Part shown: piece after piece, positions 18,809-28,768 of the stretch
Numbering within the stretch: position 1 is the first letter of the stretch
Layout of the letters: every line of letters begins with the position of its first letter
Source of the DNA: a virus
Lineage: Duplodnaviria > Caudoviricetes
DNA length: 62,343 nt
Direction: 5' to 3' (one strand)
IMG/VR virus record: IMGVR_UViG_3300037851_000300
Span: 1-62,343 of that record
Position numbers and translations under genes: made by a program
Notes under the pieces: model-generated
Database searches by the model: none
What the model saw: the letters and a program-made list of their open reading frames with translations, nothing else
Told to the model about the DNA's origin: nothing

Positions 18809-20369
18809 GACTATTGTTATAGACAACCTACACTCTGCTAATAGGGCTGGTAATCCGTATAGGGGCGAGCCGAACCAGATTATAAAAAATACCAATTTTA
18901 ACTATTGGTCTCATCCTGGTCTGATAGTCCCAGATTATGCATATGGAAATACAAACGCGACCACCTCTTCTGGTGTAGATAAGAGATTTTTAGACTTTAT
19001 ATTGGTGACTGGAGATACATCGTATCCGTATTGGGGACTTTCATATACTAGTGATGACCATCCCGTGTTTTCTAAATACACATCAGCAGATACGTGGTCA
19101 CAGCAATATAAGTGTACGCTCAGTGGAGGCTGGACTAACACATGGCGTGGATTTGTAGAATATGGCAGTTCCATAATCGGGTATCAGGGCTCAACCCTAT
19201 ATCAGGTACAGACACCATGGGGTTCTGCTGTGGAGACGACACATTCGTTGAGCCCATCGATAGTAACAGACATGATAGTGGCAAATAATGTGTTATATTT
19301 TTCTCACAACGACCCAGCTGTGGGGTATGGAAGAGTGGGAACATTTGACTATAGCACCTCCACCTTAATTACTGGAGCTGGTAGGACAGACGCATATGTC
19401 GGAATAGATAGGGGGTTCTACATAAACAGCATGTCGGAGGTCGGTGACTACATAGCGATTACGGCATCTAAACCAGCTGATTATACCAATATATCCATAA
19501 ACTCAAATATAAATTCAAGAATATATCTATGGGATGGAGTTAGTAATACTTTCGATAGTAAGATAGATATAAACGAGAGCGATACTTGTTCCTCCTACGC
19601 AATTGACAACTCATTATTCGTATTCAGTTCTGGAAGGGGCGGGAGCCTTAGGGTCCATAGATATGAACCTGGGGCTAGTAGGGCGGAACTTGTTGCTGTT
19701 TTTGAAAACATATCCACTCCAGGGAGCACACCATACGTAAGAAAGCAAGCCATAACTCACGACAAGGACAACTTGTTATTCGGTCTTACTAGTAGCTCGA
19801 GGGGATATATTTATGGAATCAATAGATTGACTGGAAAAACTATAGTTAAGAATTCATGGGCACATGCTGTTAGTCTTCCTACAGATATTTATGCGTTAAA
19901 GACATTAAATTCAAATTTTTCTGTTATTAGTCTGATTAACGATAGTAGCACCAAGTATCTATTAAGGACAGATTCCACATGGAATTATATTCAGGAATTG
20001 GTTACCCCCATAATATATCCATCTCCCAATAAAAGATGTAGGATAAAAAGCGTAAGAATTAGATATAGAGACCTTGGTAGCGGGGCCACCATAATAGTAG
20101 CCTATAACCCAAACCAATCTGCTGATTTATACACTGGAACATTCATAAATCTTATAAATAAGACTGGCTTCGGTACTTCTGCTGGGACTGGGGATGCTGG
20201 AACTAATGAGATACGTACATATACATTTGGTCATGCAGATGGGAGCATCGCCCCAATCATAGACTCTTTCCAGCTCAGTATTTATGCGACCAGTGGAGGC
20301 TCTGAGGGGGAAAATAGAATGATAATATTACCGATAGTAATAGAGGTAGAAGAATTAGATGTTCAATAA
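18789..20369 (+). CDS. Tail nozzle/hub beta-propeller protein (P22 gp10-like)
   Basis: Beta-rich, RIYLWDG motif, KRCRIKSVRIRY C-terminal pattern, position. Confidence 0.6.
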   Translation: MTTMATKTIVIDNLHSANRAGNPYRGEPNQIIKNTNFNYWSHPGLIVPDYAYGNTNATTSSGVDKRFLDFILVTGDTSYPYWGLSYTSDDHPVFSKYTSADTWSQQYKCTLSGGWTNTWRGFVEYGSSIIGYQGSTLYQVQTPWGSAVETTHSLSPSIVTDMIVANNVLYFSHNDPAVGYGRVGTFDYSTSTLITGAGRTDAYVGIDRGFYINSMSEVGDYIAITASKPADYTNISINSNINSRIYLWDGVSNTFDSKIDINESDTCSSYAIDNSLFVFSSGRGGSLRVHRYEPGASRAELVAVFENISTPGSTPYVRKQAITHDKDNLLFGLTSSSRGYIYGINRLTGKTIVKNSWAHAVSLPTDIYALKTLNSNFSVISLINDSSTKYLLRTDSTWNYIQELVTPIIYPSPNKRCRIKSVRIRYRDLGSGATIIVAYNPNQSADLYTGTFINLINKTGFGTSAGTGDAGTNEIRTYTFGHADGSIAPIIDSFQLSIYATSGGSEGENRMIILPIVIEVEELDVQ

Positions 20370-20808
20370 AAACATAAACCCAAAACAGATAAGTCAGTAT
20401 ATGTTCGTTGATACTACGGTAGAGAATACCTCAGCTGCCACAGCTGCTAATTATGGTGTATTCTTTGTGGCCCCATTTATATGTGAGATAGTGGAGGCAT
20501 GGGAAACACACGCTGCGGCTGGGACTAGTGGGAGTGCGGTCACCCTCACTTTAGAGAAGCTATCTCCAGGTGTAGCCCTTGATTCTGGAGTGCAAGTTCT
20601 TAATAGCACATGGGACCTAAAAGCATCCGCCCTATACCCGAGAAGAGTTAGGGCTGCATCAAGTTTAAAAAACAGGACACTATCTATAGGCAATAGATTA
20701 GCCCTTAAGGATTCTGGGACTCTCACGTCAGTAGGCCACGTGAATGTCACAGTACTACTAAAGATATTTAGCACGAATGTATCATCTATCGATAACCCAA
20801 CATCATAA
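20359..20808 (+). CDS. Small beta-sandwich virion protein
   Basis: FVAPFICEIVE..H..AGT pattern. Confidence 0.5.
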   Translation: MFNKNINPKQISQYMFVDTTVENTSAATAANYGVFFVAPFICEIVEAWETHAAAGTSGSAVTLTLEKLSPGVALDSGVQVLNSTWDLKASALYPRRVRAASSLKNRTLSIGNRLALKDSGTLTSVGHVNVTVLLKIFSTNVSSIDNPTS

Positions 20809-20820
20809 CCATCAAACTAA

Positions 20821-22539
20821 ATGGCATTTCTAGACTATTTTAAAAAATTCACGAATCCCACTCCTATTGAGAACTATCTTACTCCAGAAGCTCAACTAAG
20901 AACCCTGGAGAAGTTTGGCTCACAGAGTACATATACTCCCACTAGTGGTGCCTTTCAGTTACCTTCTGCGCCCACTCAACCACTGACAACCCCCACACCA
21001 GCTGCATCTCCAGTTCAGGGAGCTTCATATTCTAGTACATTCTCAGCCCCTAAGCCCGTAGCGCCCACAGTATCTCCTGTTAATCAGGAGGTAGAGGCTG
21101 CAAGGCAGAGGCTGGCTGGAGCTACACAAGCCCCAGGTGGAAGTATGCAGACAGTTGTAGCAGAAGGAGTTGGGCCAGCTAATCCATCTGGTGGTACACA
21201 GAAGAAGAGTGCAACACAAAGCCCTTACCAAACGACTGGTACTATGGAGGGAGACATAGCTGCGGGGCTTATTCAAGGGCCTAATATCCCAGATGATGAG
21301 ACTAATGCTTTAATACTAAAGACAGCAGAAGATGCTGCCAACAATGCCAATCTCAGAACGGTCACAGCTGGAGGTATGTTAGATGGCCAGAAGTCTAAGT
21401 CTCAAGAACTATGGGAGAAGATTATAAACTACTACTTAGGATATGACGTAAGCCCAGAGGCTCAAAGAATAGCTGATATAAGAAAACAACTTGGAAAAAT
21501 ACAGGGGGCCATGGATAAGTCTATGGCAGACCTCTACAACACTCCTGGACTTACGATGTTCCAAAATGCACGAAGACAACAGGCTATAAACCAATCTTCT
21601 GGCATGCTTACCGCACCTCTGACCTCAGAATTACAAGCTCTTACTGGATTACAGTCAGAACAAAACCAAAGGATGAGTGCGTTAACTAACATAGCCCAAG
21701 CGCTCACACCAAACGCAGTAGGCTCACCGATATTAGATGAACAAGGCAATGCGACCATAGTTACCCAAGACCCGATGACTGGCGGATATACGACCCTTAA
21801 TCTTGGTAGACTTGGCTCAGCAAAGCCAGCTTCTACTGAGATAGCAGAGTTTGAGTATGCCGTAAAGCAAGGATTTAAGGGCAACTTCCTCCAATATCTA
21901 GCTGCTAAGACACAAGCCACTACTAAGAGTACGGCTGGAGGCACTGGAGATATAGCTGGATTGGCACAAGCGGTATTAGACAACCCAGCTCTATACAATC
22001 AACTCACGCCCACAATGAAAGGTAAGCTAGCCCCCATACTCTATGGAGCTGGATTCAGTGATTTCGGCAAGATGATGTCTGATAGCGCCCTGGGTAAGGT
22101 TACAGATATACAGACAGCCGTAAGCGAACTACAACAGTTATCAGTGGAAGCTGGAAGCCTAGATGCCTACACAGGACCAGGTGCTAGTATATTAGCTATG
22201 CTCCCAGGCACCCAGACACAGAAATATAAGTCTAGCGTAGACAGAGTAAGACAGATAGTTGGTAAAGCCTTAGAAGGTGGTGTACTCAGAAAAGAAGACG
22301 AAGAGAAATATAAAGCCATACTCCCAACAGTATCAGATACCGCAGCTGTAGCCGCCTACAAGATACAACAGATAATGGAACAAATGACTGGAGATTTAAC
22401 CAGATACATATCCAACCAAGCAGCGGCTGGAAGAGCCACTGGTGGCATAGACCAATACCAAGTTGGTTCGATATATGACTTTAACGGTCTGCAGTATAAA
22501 TACATAGGGAATGATAACTGGGAAGGCCCCATCAATTAA
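20821..22539 (+). CDS. Putative DNA ejection (internal virion) protein
   Basis: Low-complexity helical; EFEYAVKQGFKGNFLQY motif; position. Confidence 0.6.
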   Translation: MAFLDYFKKFTNPTPIENYLTPEAQLRTLEKFGSQSTYTPTSGAFQLPSAPTQPLTTPTPAASPVQGASYSSTFSAPKPVAPTVSPVNQEVEAARQRLAGATQAPGGSMQTVVAEGVGPANPSGGTQKKSATQSPYQTTGTMEGDIAAGLIQGPNIPDDETNALILKTAEDAANNANLRTVTAGGMLDGQKSKSQELWEKIINYYLGYDVSPEAQRIADIRKQLGKIQGAMDKSMADLYNTPGLTMFQNARRQQAINQSSGMLTAPLTSELQALTGLQSEQNQRMSALTNIAQALTPNAVGSPILDEQGNATIVTQDPMTGGYTTLNLGRLGSAKPASTEIAEFEYAVKQGFKGNFLQYLAAKTQATTKSTAGGTGDIAGLAQAVLDNPALYNQLTPTMKGKLAPILYGAGFSDFGKMMSDSALGKVTDIQTAVSELQQLSVEAGSLDAYTGPGASILAMLPGTQTQKYKSSVDRVRQIVGKALEGGVLRKEDEEKYKAILPTVSDTAAVAAYKIQQIMEQMTGDLTRYISNQAAAGRATGGIDQYQVGSIYDFNGLQYKYIGNDNWEGPIN

Positions 22540-22541
22540 AT

Positions 22542-24044
22542 ATGCCCACTACAAAAGAACTATTAAAACTAGGTAAGCCACAACTTGTGCAGTCACCTCA
22601 GCAGGTACAACCAATGACAAGTCAGCAACCAGAGAGGTATGCATCTACTTGGGAAAGACTAAAGGGCTCATTCGGTTCTAAGGCAGATAGGGCCAAGATA
22701 AAAGAAAGACCAGGATTAGACTGGCAGGATTTTACCACTGATTTAGCTGGAGATATATTGCCTATAGCAGGTAGCGTGATTGGTGCACCACTGGGTATAT
22801 TTGGTATGGGCGCTGGAGCTGCGGCTGGAGAAGCTGCTAGGCGTTCCATAGGCAAGAATGCATTTGGTCTACAGCAAGACCAGAGCTTGGGTCAACATCT
22901 TAAGGGAATAGCCACGGAAGGTGTCATAACCGCTGGTACAGCTGGTGCATTTAAATTAGCTGGTGGCGCAGTTAAATCATTCGCTAAACTAGCCCCCAAG
23001 GTGTCTAAGTTCACCACTGGCCAACCAGAAGAAGCGTTCCAGAGAATCTCTAAGAGTAAGACAGCCCAAGAATGGCTCACTGGTAATCAAACATGGGATG
23101 ATTTAATAGCACAAGTTAAGAAGGGGGCGGAGAAGGTGGGTGTCTCGGACCCCAAAGCTGTGTTTGGTGAGGCTATAAAGACTATAAATGAAAGTGCGCC
23201 CAAAGACACCAGAATGATTTTATCTGCTGTTAAGAAAGAAATGGCTAAAAGAGGATTCGCGGTTACAAGAGACAGTGCCACCAAGCAATACATAGTCAAG
23301 GCCATTGAGGGCGGGTCTGGCAAGTCTACGGCTAGATTCAGTCGAAGATTTAGTAATGCCGTAAAGAGAATACTTGACGAACCAGTTATCTCTCATGGTA
23401 GTGCTACATCAACTGAAATAGACGCGTTCCTTAGCAGGATAGGAGATGAGACTGCTAAGCTTTTAGCTAAGAACGACAAGAGTGGAGCTAGGGCCATGAA
23501 TACGATTCTCGCTGTGCTTAGGTCTTCGGCGGAGAAAAGATTACCAAAAGAGCTCGTGGTTGCTAATAAAGCATATAAAGATACGGAGTTACTCGCTAAA
23601 GCGGTTAGGAATTTATTGGGTCCCTCGGCTCGTGGGTCCCTTACTGGTGAACAACAAGATAAGATATTCAGAGGAATCACTTCGTTATTCAGACCATCAG
23701 CTGGCGGTAAGCAAGCCACGATAGATACATTTGAAAAACTCTCTGGAGTCCCAGTTAGGGACGCTCTCGCTGGATTAACACTTAGGCAGGTTGAGCCACA
23801 AGTTATTCGTGGACTTTCTGCCGTGGGTGGAGGATTCGGAGGGGCTATGGCTCTTGGTGGAGGAATTGTGGGGCCATTAGCTAGTGGAGTGGCTGGGTTA
23901 GCAGCAACATCACCATATGCAATGGCAAGACTCAATATGTTGGCTGGTAAAGCAGCCCCCGCAGTTGGAAGACTAGGAGCTAGATATGGACTTCCCGCTA
24001 CACTTAGCACCGCAGAAGTACTAAGAAGAGCATTAAATAGATAA
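22542..24044 (+). CDS. Putative DNA ejection protein with Gly/Ala membrane segments
   Basis: Glycine-zipper stretches GAGAAAGEA and GGGFGGAMALGGG. Confidence 0.6.
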   Translation: MPTTKELLKLGKPQLVQSPQQVQPMTSQQPERYASTWERLKGSFGSKADRAKIKERPGLDWQDFTTDLAGDILPIAGSVIGAPLGIFGMGAGAAAGEAARRSIGKNAFGLQQDQSLGQHLKGIATEGVITAGTAGAFKLAGGAVKSFAKLAPKVSKFTTGQPEEAFQRISKSKTAQEWLTGNQTWDDLIAQVKKGAEKVGVSDPKAVFGEAIKTINESAPKDTRMILSAVKKEMAKRGFAVTRDSATKQYIVKAIEGGSGKSTARFSRRFSNAVKRILDEPVISHGSATSTEIDAFLSRIGDETAKLLAKNDKSGARAMNTILAVLRSSAEKRLPKELVVANKAYKDTELLAKAVRNLLGPSARGSLTGEQQDKIFRGITSLFRPSAGGKQATIDTFEKLSGVPVRDALAGLTLRQVEPQVIRGLSAVGGGFGGAMALGGGIVGPLASGVAGLAATSPYAMARLNMLAGKAAPAVGRLGARYGLPATLSTAEVLRRALNR

Positions 24045-24601
24045 TGACCGAGGTATATTGGAACGGACAACGAATAGGACAGCCAGCCTCAAGCTTTTAT
24101 GATAGATATCTATCTCCAGCCCTAAAAAGCCTGAGGGGGTTATTCAATTCTCCAATACAACAGCCCATGGCTCCATCTCCCTCTCCAACACCAATGCCCA
24201 CTCCATCGGTAGACCAGATGAGACAGGCTATACTTTATAACGAGACAAGGGGTGTTCCAGGGGATAGATATGCGTTTAGGCAACCCAGTGGCTCTAATTT
24301 ATATGGGGATGCGTTGGGGGCATATCAGATTACAGAGGAAAGGCTAGCCAGACAATCCCCTAGGTATTTAGGGACACAAATGGCGCCCCAATCGTTCTTG
24401 CAATCTCCATCATCTCAGGATAGATTTATGACACAATCCCTGACAGCCGCGTTAGGAAAGAGAGATAACTGGGAACAGGCAATATTACAACATAGATTTG
24501 AGAATCCAGCTGCGTGGGATAGGCCAGCAGCTAAAAGATATTTAAGTGGTGCTATGGACTATTTTAAGTCTCAGAATATACAAGCACCCAGAGTAAAATG
24601 A
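24044..24601 (+). CDS. Lysozyme/lytic transglycosylase-like protein
   Basis: QAILYNET and ALGAYQI motifs. Confidence 0.65.
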   Translation: MTEVYWNGQRIGQPASSFYDRYLSPALKSLRGLFNSPIQQPMAPSPSPTPMPTPSVDQMRQAILYNETRGVPGDRYAFRQPSGSNLYGDALGAYQITEERLARQSPRYLGTQMAPQSFLQSPSSQDRFMTQSLTAALGKRDNWEQAILQHRFENPAAWDRPAAKRYLSGAMDYFKSQNIQAPRVK

Positions 24602-24813
24602 CCGACACTGACCACGACAAAATAATAAGAACCGAAGAGAAGGTGGATGCCCTAAGTAAGGTGGTATATGAGATAAAAGACAATCACCTACAACATTTGG
24701 CCGTAGCAGTTGAAGAATTAAGAAGCAACGTCCAGAGCATCAATGTTAAACTTGGACTCTGGTCTGGTGGTATAATGGTGGGTGTATGGTTAATTGATAG
24801 GTTTTTAAAATAA
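24598..24813 (+). CDS. XhlA-like coiled-coil + TM lysis accessory protein
   Basis: RTEEKVD coiled-coil, EIKDNHLQH, C-terminal TM. Confidence 0.55.
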   Translation: MTDTDHDKIIRTEEKVDALSKVVYEIKDNHLQHLAVAVEELRSNVQSINVKLGLWSGGIMVGVWLIDRFLK

Positions 24814-24818
24814 AAGAA

Positions 24819-25586
24819 TTGGCTAAACACAGGAGGGTGATTGTTTGTAATGACTGGCACATCCCATTTCACGACAAGAAATTATACAAGCTATTCAAGC
24901 TTTTTGTAAAAGATTTTAAACCAGAGATTCTTGTCATAAATGGAGACTTTGTAGACTTTTGGGAAATAAGCAAGTTCTCTAAAACGCCAAGGGCTGGTAA
25001 GTCACTAGATGCAGAGCTTAGGGAGGCAAGGATAATTCTACAAGAACTGAGAACCCTACTCCCAAAGACTAAGATAGTATACGTCTTTGGTAACCATGAG
25101 TTTAGGTTAAGAAGTTACATAATCAATAAAGCCCCAGAGCTATATGGCTTAAGGGGCTTATCTGTAGAAGAGCAATTAGAGTTGAAAGATTTAGATATAG
25201 AGGTCGTAGCACCCAGAGATGGGGCAAGTAGGTTCATTGACACGTATTATAAGCTAGGTAAGCTCTACGTGGGCCATTTTAATCAAGTAAATCAGCACGC
25301 AGGATATACAGCCAAGAATCTTGTAGAGCGTAAAAATGCCTCCATATTGCAAGCCCATACGCATAGATATGGAGTATCAGCCAAGAGGACCATTGATGGG
25401 CAGCAGATAGTGGGAGTGGAGAACTTCTGTATGTGCGACCTCAATCCCAATTATGCCTCTGATGTTAATTGGCAGCAAGGATGGAGCGTAGTATACTTAA
25501 AAGAGGATTCTGGTAGATTCCACATATATCCAATTCATGTATTGGGTTATGCGTTTCTCTGGGATAACAAAGAATACTCAATATGA
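24819..25586 (+). CDS. Calcineurin-like metallophosphoesterase
   Basis: DWHIP, NGDFVD, GNHE, AHTHR motifs. Confidence 0.9.
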   Translation: MAKHRRVIVCNDWHIPFHDKKLYKLFKLFVKDFKPEILVINGDFVDFWEISKFSKTPRAGKSLDAELREARIILQELRTLLPKTKIVYVFGNHEFRLRSYIINKAPELYGLRGLSVEEQLELKDLDIEVVAPRDGASRFIDTYYKLGKLYVGHFNQVNQHAGYTAKNLVERKNASILQAHTHRYGVSAKRTIDGQQIVGVENFCMCDLNPNYASDVNWQQGWSVVYLKEDSGRFHIYPIHVLGYAFLWDNKEYSI

Positions 25587-26512
25587 ACGGAAAAGGATTT
25601 ATACCAACACCAATAGAAATTAAAAAAGACCAATTCAGATTGGCCTCATTTGGAGCACCCACCATAGACTGGAGTACGCCATATCACGTCCCAGCTACTC
25701 TTGTACAGAAGAACCAAGACGGCTCAAGTTCCTGTACTGGACAGGCGACTTGCTACTATTGTGAGGTCTTAGACCAGATAGAGCAGAATGAGAGTGAAAT
25801 CTATTCACCACGATACCTATACTCCCAAACTACGCTTGGTTACGGACAGGGAACATACATTTGGAAGCCGATGAAGCTCACGCTCAACGGAATCAAGCTT
25901 GAACAAGACGTACCAGGTGGAGCACAGACTGAGGCAATAATGATAGACCCTTCTGATAACCAGAAAGGGAAACTCGTAGATAAAACAGACAAATATGCCC
26001 AGATACCCAGAGGCTCAATGGATGAGCTGGCTCAAATCATAAAAGACTATCACGGATTCGTGACAGGATTTAATGGCTCAGACGACATGTTTGACTCTCA
26101 GGGTATGGTAATCAAATGGAGCAAGAACGAATGGGGACATGCTGTATATGTCTGTGGCTACGAGATGAGGAATGGTAAAAAGTGCTTAAAGTTCAAAAAT
26201 AGTTGGGGGTCTGGATGGGGTGATAACGGATACGGCTACTTCCCAGAGGAGTTTGTAAACTCTGGTATGGTGTACGACGCATACGTCTTTGCCACAATAC
26301 AAGACCTCGACCCTACGAGTATGAATAATAGATTTGTAAAAGTAAATACAGACGTATGGCTCGTTAAAGACGGAAAAAGGTCTCTCGTCTATAACGCCCT
26401 TGCGTTTGAGTTAATAAGCGGAGAGTGGGATAAAATTGAGACCATAACACAGGCCATGCTTGATGCCATTCCCGACACTGGGAAGGTGATAGCAGGTCTG
26501 TCCCAAGAATGA
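25583..26512 (+). CDS. Papain-family (C1) cysteine peptidase, putative endolysin
   Basis: NQDGSSSCTG, GHAVYVCGY, KNSWGSGWGDNGYG. Confidence 0.88.
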   Translation: MNGKGFIPTPIEIKKDQFRLASFGAPTIDWSTPYHVPATLVQKNQDGSSSCTGQATCYYCEVLDQIEQNESEIYSPRYLYSQTTLGYGQGTYIWKPMKLTLNGIKLEQDVPGGAQTEAIMIDPSDNQKGKLVDKTDKYAQIPRGSMDELAQIIKDYHGFVTGFNGSDDMFDSQGMVIKWSKNEWGHAVYVCGYEMRNGKKCLKFKNSWGSGWGDNGYGYFPEEFVNSGMVYDAYVFATIQDLDPTSMNNRFVKVNTDVWLVKDGKRSLVYNALAFELISGEWDKIETITQAMLDAIPDTGKVIAGLSQE

Positions 26513-26670
26513 CCGTGTTACAGTCAGCAAGTAAAATAGTATTTGTTCTGATGGCGGTAGCTCTTGTTGGATTAACAGCGTGGGGCAAGGTAGACGCAAA
26601 GGACTTTATAACCCTGTGTTCTATGGCTTTCACCTATTACTTCACTAAGAATACGCCCAGAGCATTATAA
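26509..26670 (+). CDS. Small two-TM holin-like protein (53 aa)
   Basis: Own translation ...FVLMAVALVGLTAWG...SMAFTYYF; ATGA overlap. Confidence 0.7.
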   Translation: MTVLQSASKIVFVLMAVALVGLTAWGKVDAKDFITLCSMAFTYYFTKNTPRAL

Positions 26671-26673
26671 CCT

Positions 26674-27126
26674 ATTAGGAAAATCACAGCGTTTCTACTC
26701 TTTCTGTGCCTCGTGCCGACAGCTTTGTCTGCACCAGAGGTGGATGGAGGCCGTATATCAGACCAGTTCGTAGGCCCGTATCCAAAAGAACAGATTGAGT
26801 ATAGCAGGAGTCAAGATAATTTCTTGGCACCAAAGATTAACCCACCGAGCCTAGACGATGCTCCCAAGTGCAGTTGCGTATTATTCGCACGCTGGTACTT
26901 AAATAGAGAAGACATACGGGGCATCGCAGGAGCTATTAAACCCAGCAGTCAAGAACCAAAGATAGGAAGCGTGGTACTGCTCCTCGAAGGCGAATTGGGC
27001 CACACTGCAGTAGTGATAGGAATTGAAGGAGATGATTTGTATCTGATAGAAGCAAACTACAGGTCTTGTCAAATCACTACCAGACAGCTTAAAATGGACG
27101 ATAAGAGGATTAGGGGGTATCTGTAA
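26674..27126 (+). CDS. CHAP-domain amidase, probably secreted
   Basis: CVLFAR, GHTAVV, EANY; frame extends upstream to ATT 26674 giving a signal peptide. Confidence 0.8.
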   Translation: MRKITAFLLFLCLVPTALSAPEVDGGRISDQFVGPYPKEQIEYSRSQDNFLAPKINPPSLDDAPKCSCVLFARWYLNREDIRGIAGAIKPSSQEPKIGSVVLLLEGELGHTAVVIGIEGDDLYLIEANYRSCQITTRQLKMDDKRIRGYL

Positions 27127-27154
27127 GCCCCAAAACTGCCCCACAATCAACGCA

Positions 27155-27184
27155 AATCCCCCAACTGGGGGATTATGTGTTTTT
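27155..27184 (+). terminator. Intrinsic terminator at the convergence point
   Basis: AATCCCCC-AACT-GGGGGATT followed by a T-rich tract. Confidence 0.65.
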
Positions 27185-27206
27185 GAGCTATTTATTCAAG
27201 GTGGGG

Positions 27207-27398
27207 CTAAATTGCCACCAAAGGTTTAGTCTCCTGTAAATTGAATGTAGTCCTCAACTGCGCCCGACAGTTCTTACACCTCCAGACCTGATACTTGGTT
27301 GTTTTGTTACTATAAAATCCTTCTTTATTAAACCCTGTCTTACCACACTTCGGACAGACGTTTGCGATTCCACTTATGACTTCTGGCGATGTTATCCT
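27207..27398 (-). pseudogene. Start-less zinc-ribbon reading frame
   Basis: CPKCGK...YQVWRCKNC in frame directly after the TAG of 27399-27581. Confidence 0.5.
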
Positions 27399-27592
27399 CT
27401 ACTCAACCTCCCTTGTTACCTTAGTATCCTCACTCCCGCAGTGGATACAGACCTCTGGTCCCCGATAGTGCATCTTACAGACCAGACACCACCGCCATTC
27501 TTCTTTAGTCTTTACTGGCCACTTTTGGCTTTCTTCAAGGTCTATTTCTATTGTTTTTTCTGGCATGTTTTGCATTTGCAATCTTGTTTATG
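27378..27592. repeat. Direct repeat, copy 1 (matches 62129-62343)
   Basis: First 88 bp with several mismatches, then 127 bp identical. Confidence 0.97.
27399..27581 (-). CDS. Small zinc-finger protein (copy 1)
   Basis: CLVC..CIHC; differences from copy 2 are mostly synonymous. Confidence 0.7.
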   Translation of the reverse strand: MQMQNMPEKTIEIDLEESQKWPVKTKEEWRWCLVCKMHYRGPEVCIHCGSEDTKVTREVE

Positions 27593-27781
27593 TTTTCCCT
27601 CCCAATAGAAGGTATCGGCTGTCCCTTCTTTCTCTATTAAATCATCTGAGGCATATATGAACGCATATCCTGACCAATTTCTAAGTGCTTGCCAGAATCT
27701 TAGTTCGGGCCATTCTTTACAATACTCCACGAAACTATTTAACACCTCACTGTTTCTTGTTCTTTTCGGTTTAGATTTCAT
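27548..27781 (-). CDS. Hypothetical protein
   Basis: PELRFWQAL motif ORF. Confidence 0.6.
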   Translation of the reverse strand: MKSKPKRTRNSEVLNSFVEYCKEWPELRFWQALRNWSGYAFIYASDDLIEKEGTADTFYWEGKHKQDCKCKTCQKKQ

Positions 27782-28227
27782 CTTCTCTTATTTAAGCAGA
27801 CAGATTTATCACTTGTTAATTGTCAACTATTCATACCACCTCCGCCAGTCATAGCCGATTGAACTATGTTGGCTCTTAACCACTGGCGGAAGTGCGTGTA
27901 TTGTTTCGGCTTTCGCCTCCCACCTATCCGACACCCGAGCCTGATAGGCAACTCCGCTTCAATCATACGAAGGAATTGTTAATTATGACCTTGACCATGA
28001 CCCTGACAAGTAATTCGTACTATTATTCCAAAGTGTAGTAATCATACTATTTATTTATAGCCCTTAACGGAGGCAAGGCGATTATTTGTTTAACTGCTCT
28101 CTTGTAAATACTTCAAACCATTCTTTATGCAGACAAGTCCTATAACACTGGCTACACCTACCATCAACTATTATCGGGGCTAAACAGCAGTAGGACTTTA
28201 AGTTTTTGAACCAGTGTTGGAGGGTGT

Positions 28228-28548
28228 TCATAGGTTTTCTATTACTCCTGTCGCTTCCTCAATATCTATGAGGCAACGGCCATTTGTATCTTTGTGGACT
28301 ATTACATTTAACATTTCAACAATCCTCTCCCTCTCCTTCTTAACTGCTTCTTCTATGTCCTTCTTATAATCGGCCAGTAGTGATTTCTGATACTTAACCA
28401 TTTCTTCTTCTATGGCGTCCCGGATAAATGCTTTGACCGCCTGAACTGAACCCAACTTCCACGACTCGCCATCTTCAACCTTTCGCACAAACCTGTTATC
28501 AAACTCCTTCTCCCACCCCTCAGCTTTATCTGGCTGTTTTTTGTTCAT
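28228..28548 (-). CDS. Hypothetical protein
   Basis: WEKEFD...ERERI small phage ORF. Confidence 0.6.
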   Translation of the reverse strand: MNKKQPDKAEGWEKEFDNRFVRKVEDGESWKLGSVQAVKAFIRDAIEEEMVKYQKSLLADYKKDIEEAVKKERERIVEMLNVIVHKDTNGRCLIDIEEATGVIENL

Positions 28549-28559
28549 ATCATTGTGTC

Positions 28560-28763
28560 TTAGAAACCTTTCATTATGGCCTCCGTGAACTGCATTGTAA
28601 GACAGTAGGCGGAGGCTAAAGCAAAGAACGATATTGCTACGGCTATGGTTAGCTTGTCCATGAGGTCTAGTTTCGTCCGGCGTTCATCTCTGCGACACTC
28701 AGGACAGTTCTTTTTATATGGGCCTTGTATCCAGTTAATTTGGTTTAACATAGTTTTTGTCAT
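28560..28763 (-). CDS. Small membrane protein
   Basis: CPEC plus TM helix. Confidence 0.5.
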   Translation of the reverse strand: MTKTMLNQINWIQGPYKKNCPECRRDERRTKLDLMDKLTIAVAISFFALASAYCLTMQFTEAIMKGF

Positions 28764-28768
28764 TGGCG

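Larger units (their letters stand above)
1..27465 (+). mobile_element. Phage A: partial podovirus-like genome (head, glycosylation, tail/ejection and lysis modules)
   Basis: Co-oriented, tightly overlapping genes in portal-scaffold-capsid-tail-lysis order; no GATC or CCGG found by eye. Confidence 0.9.

Noticed and set aside
27378-27592. attL/attR prophage boundaries
   Set aside because: The repeat is a protein-coding gene, no integrase is seen, and identity ends at the window end at exactly 127 bp
27850-28060. tRNA or other structural RNA gene
   Set aside because: No cloverleaf or T-loop consensus found here; none noticed elsewhere in the window
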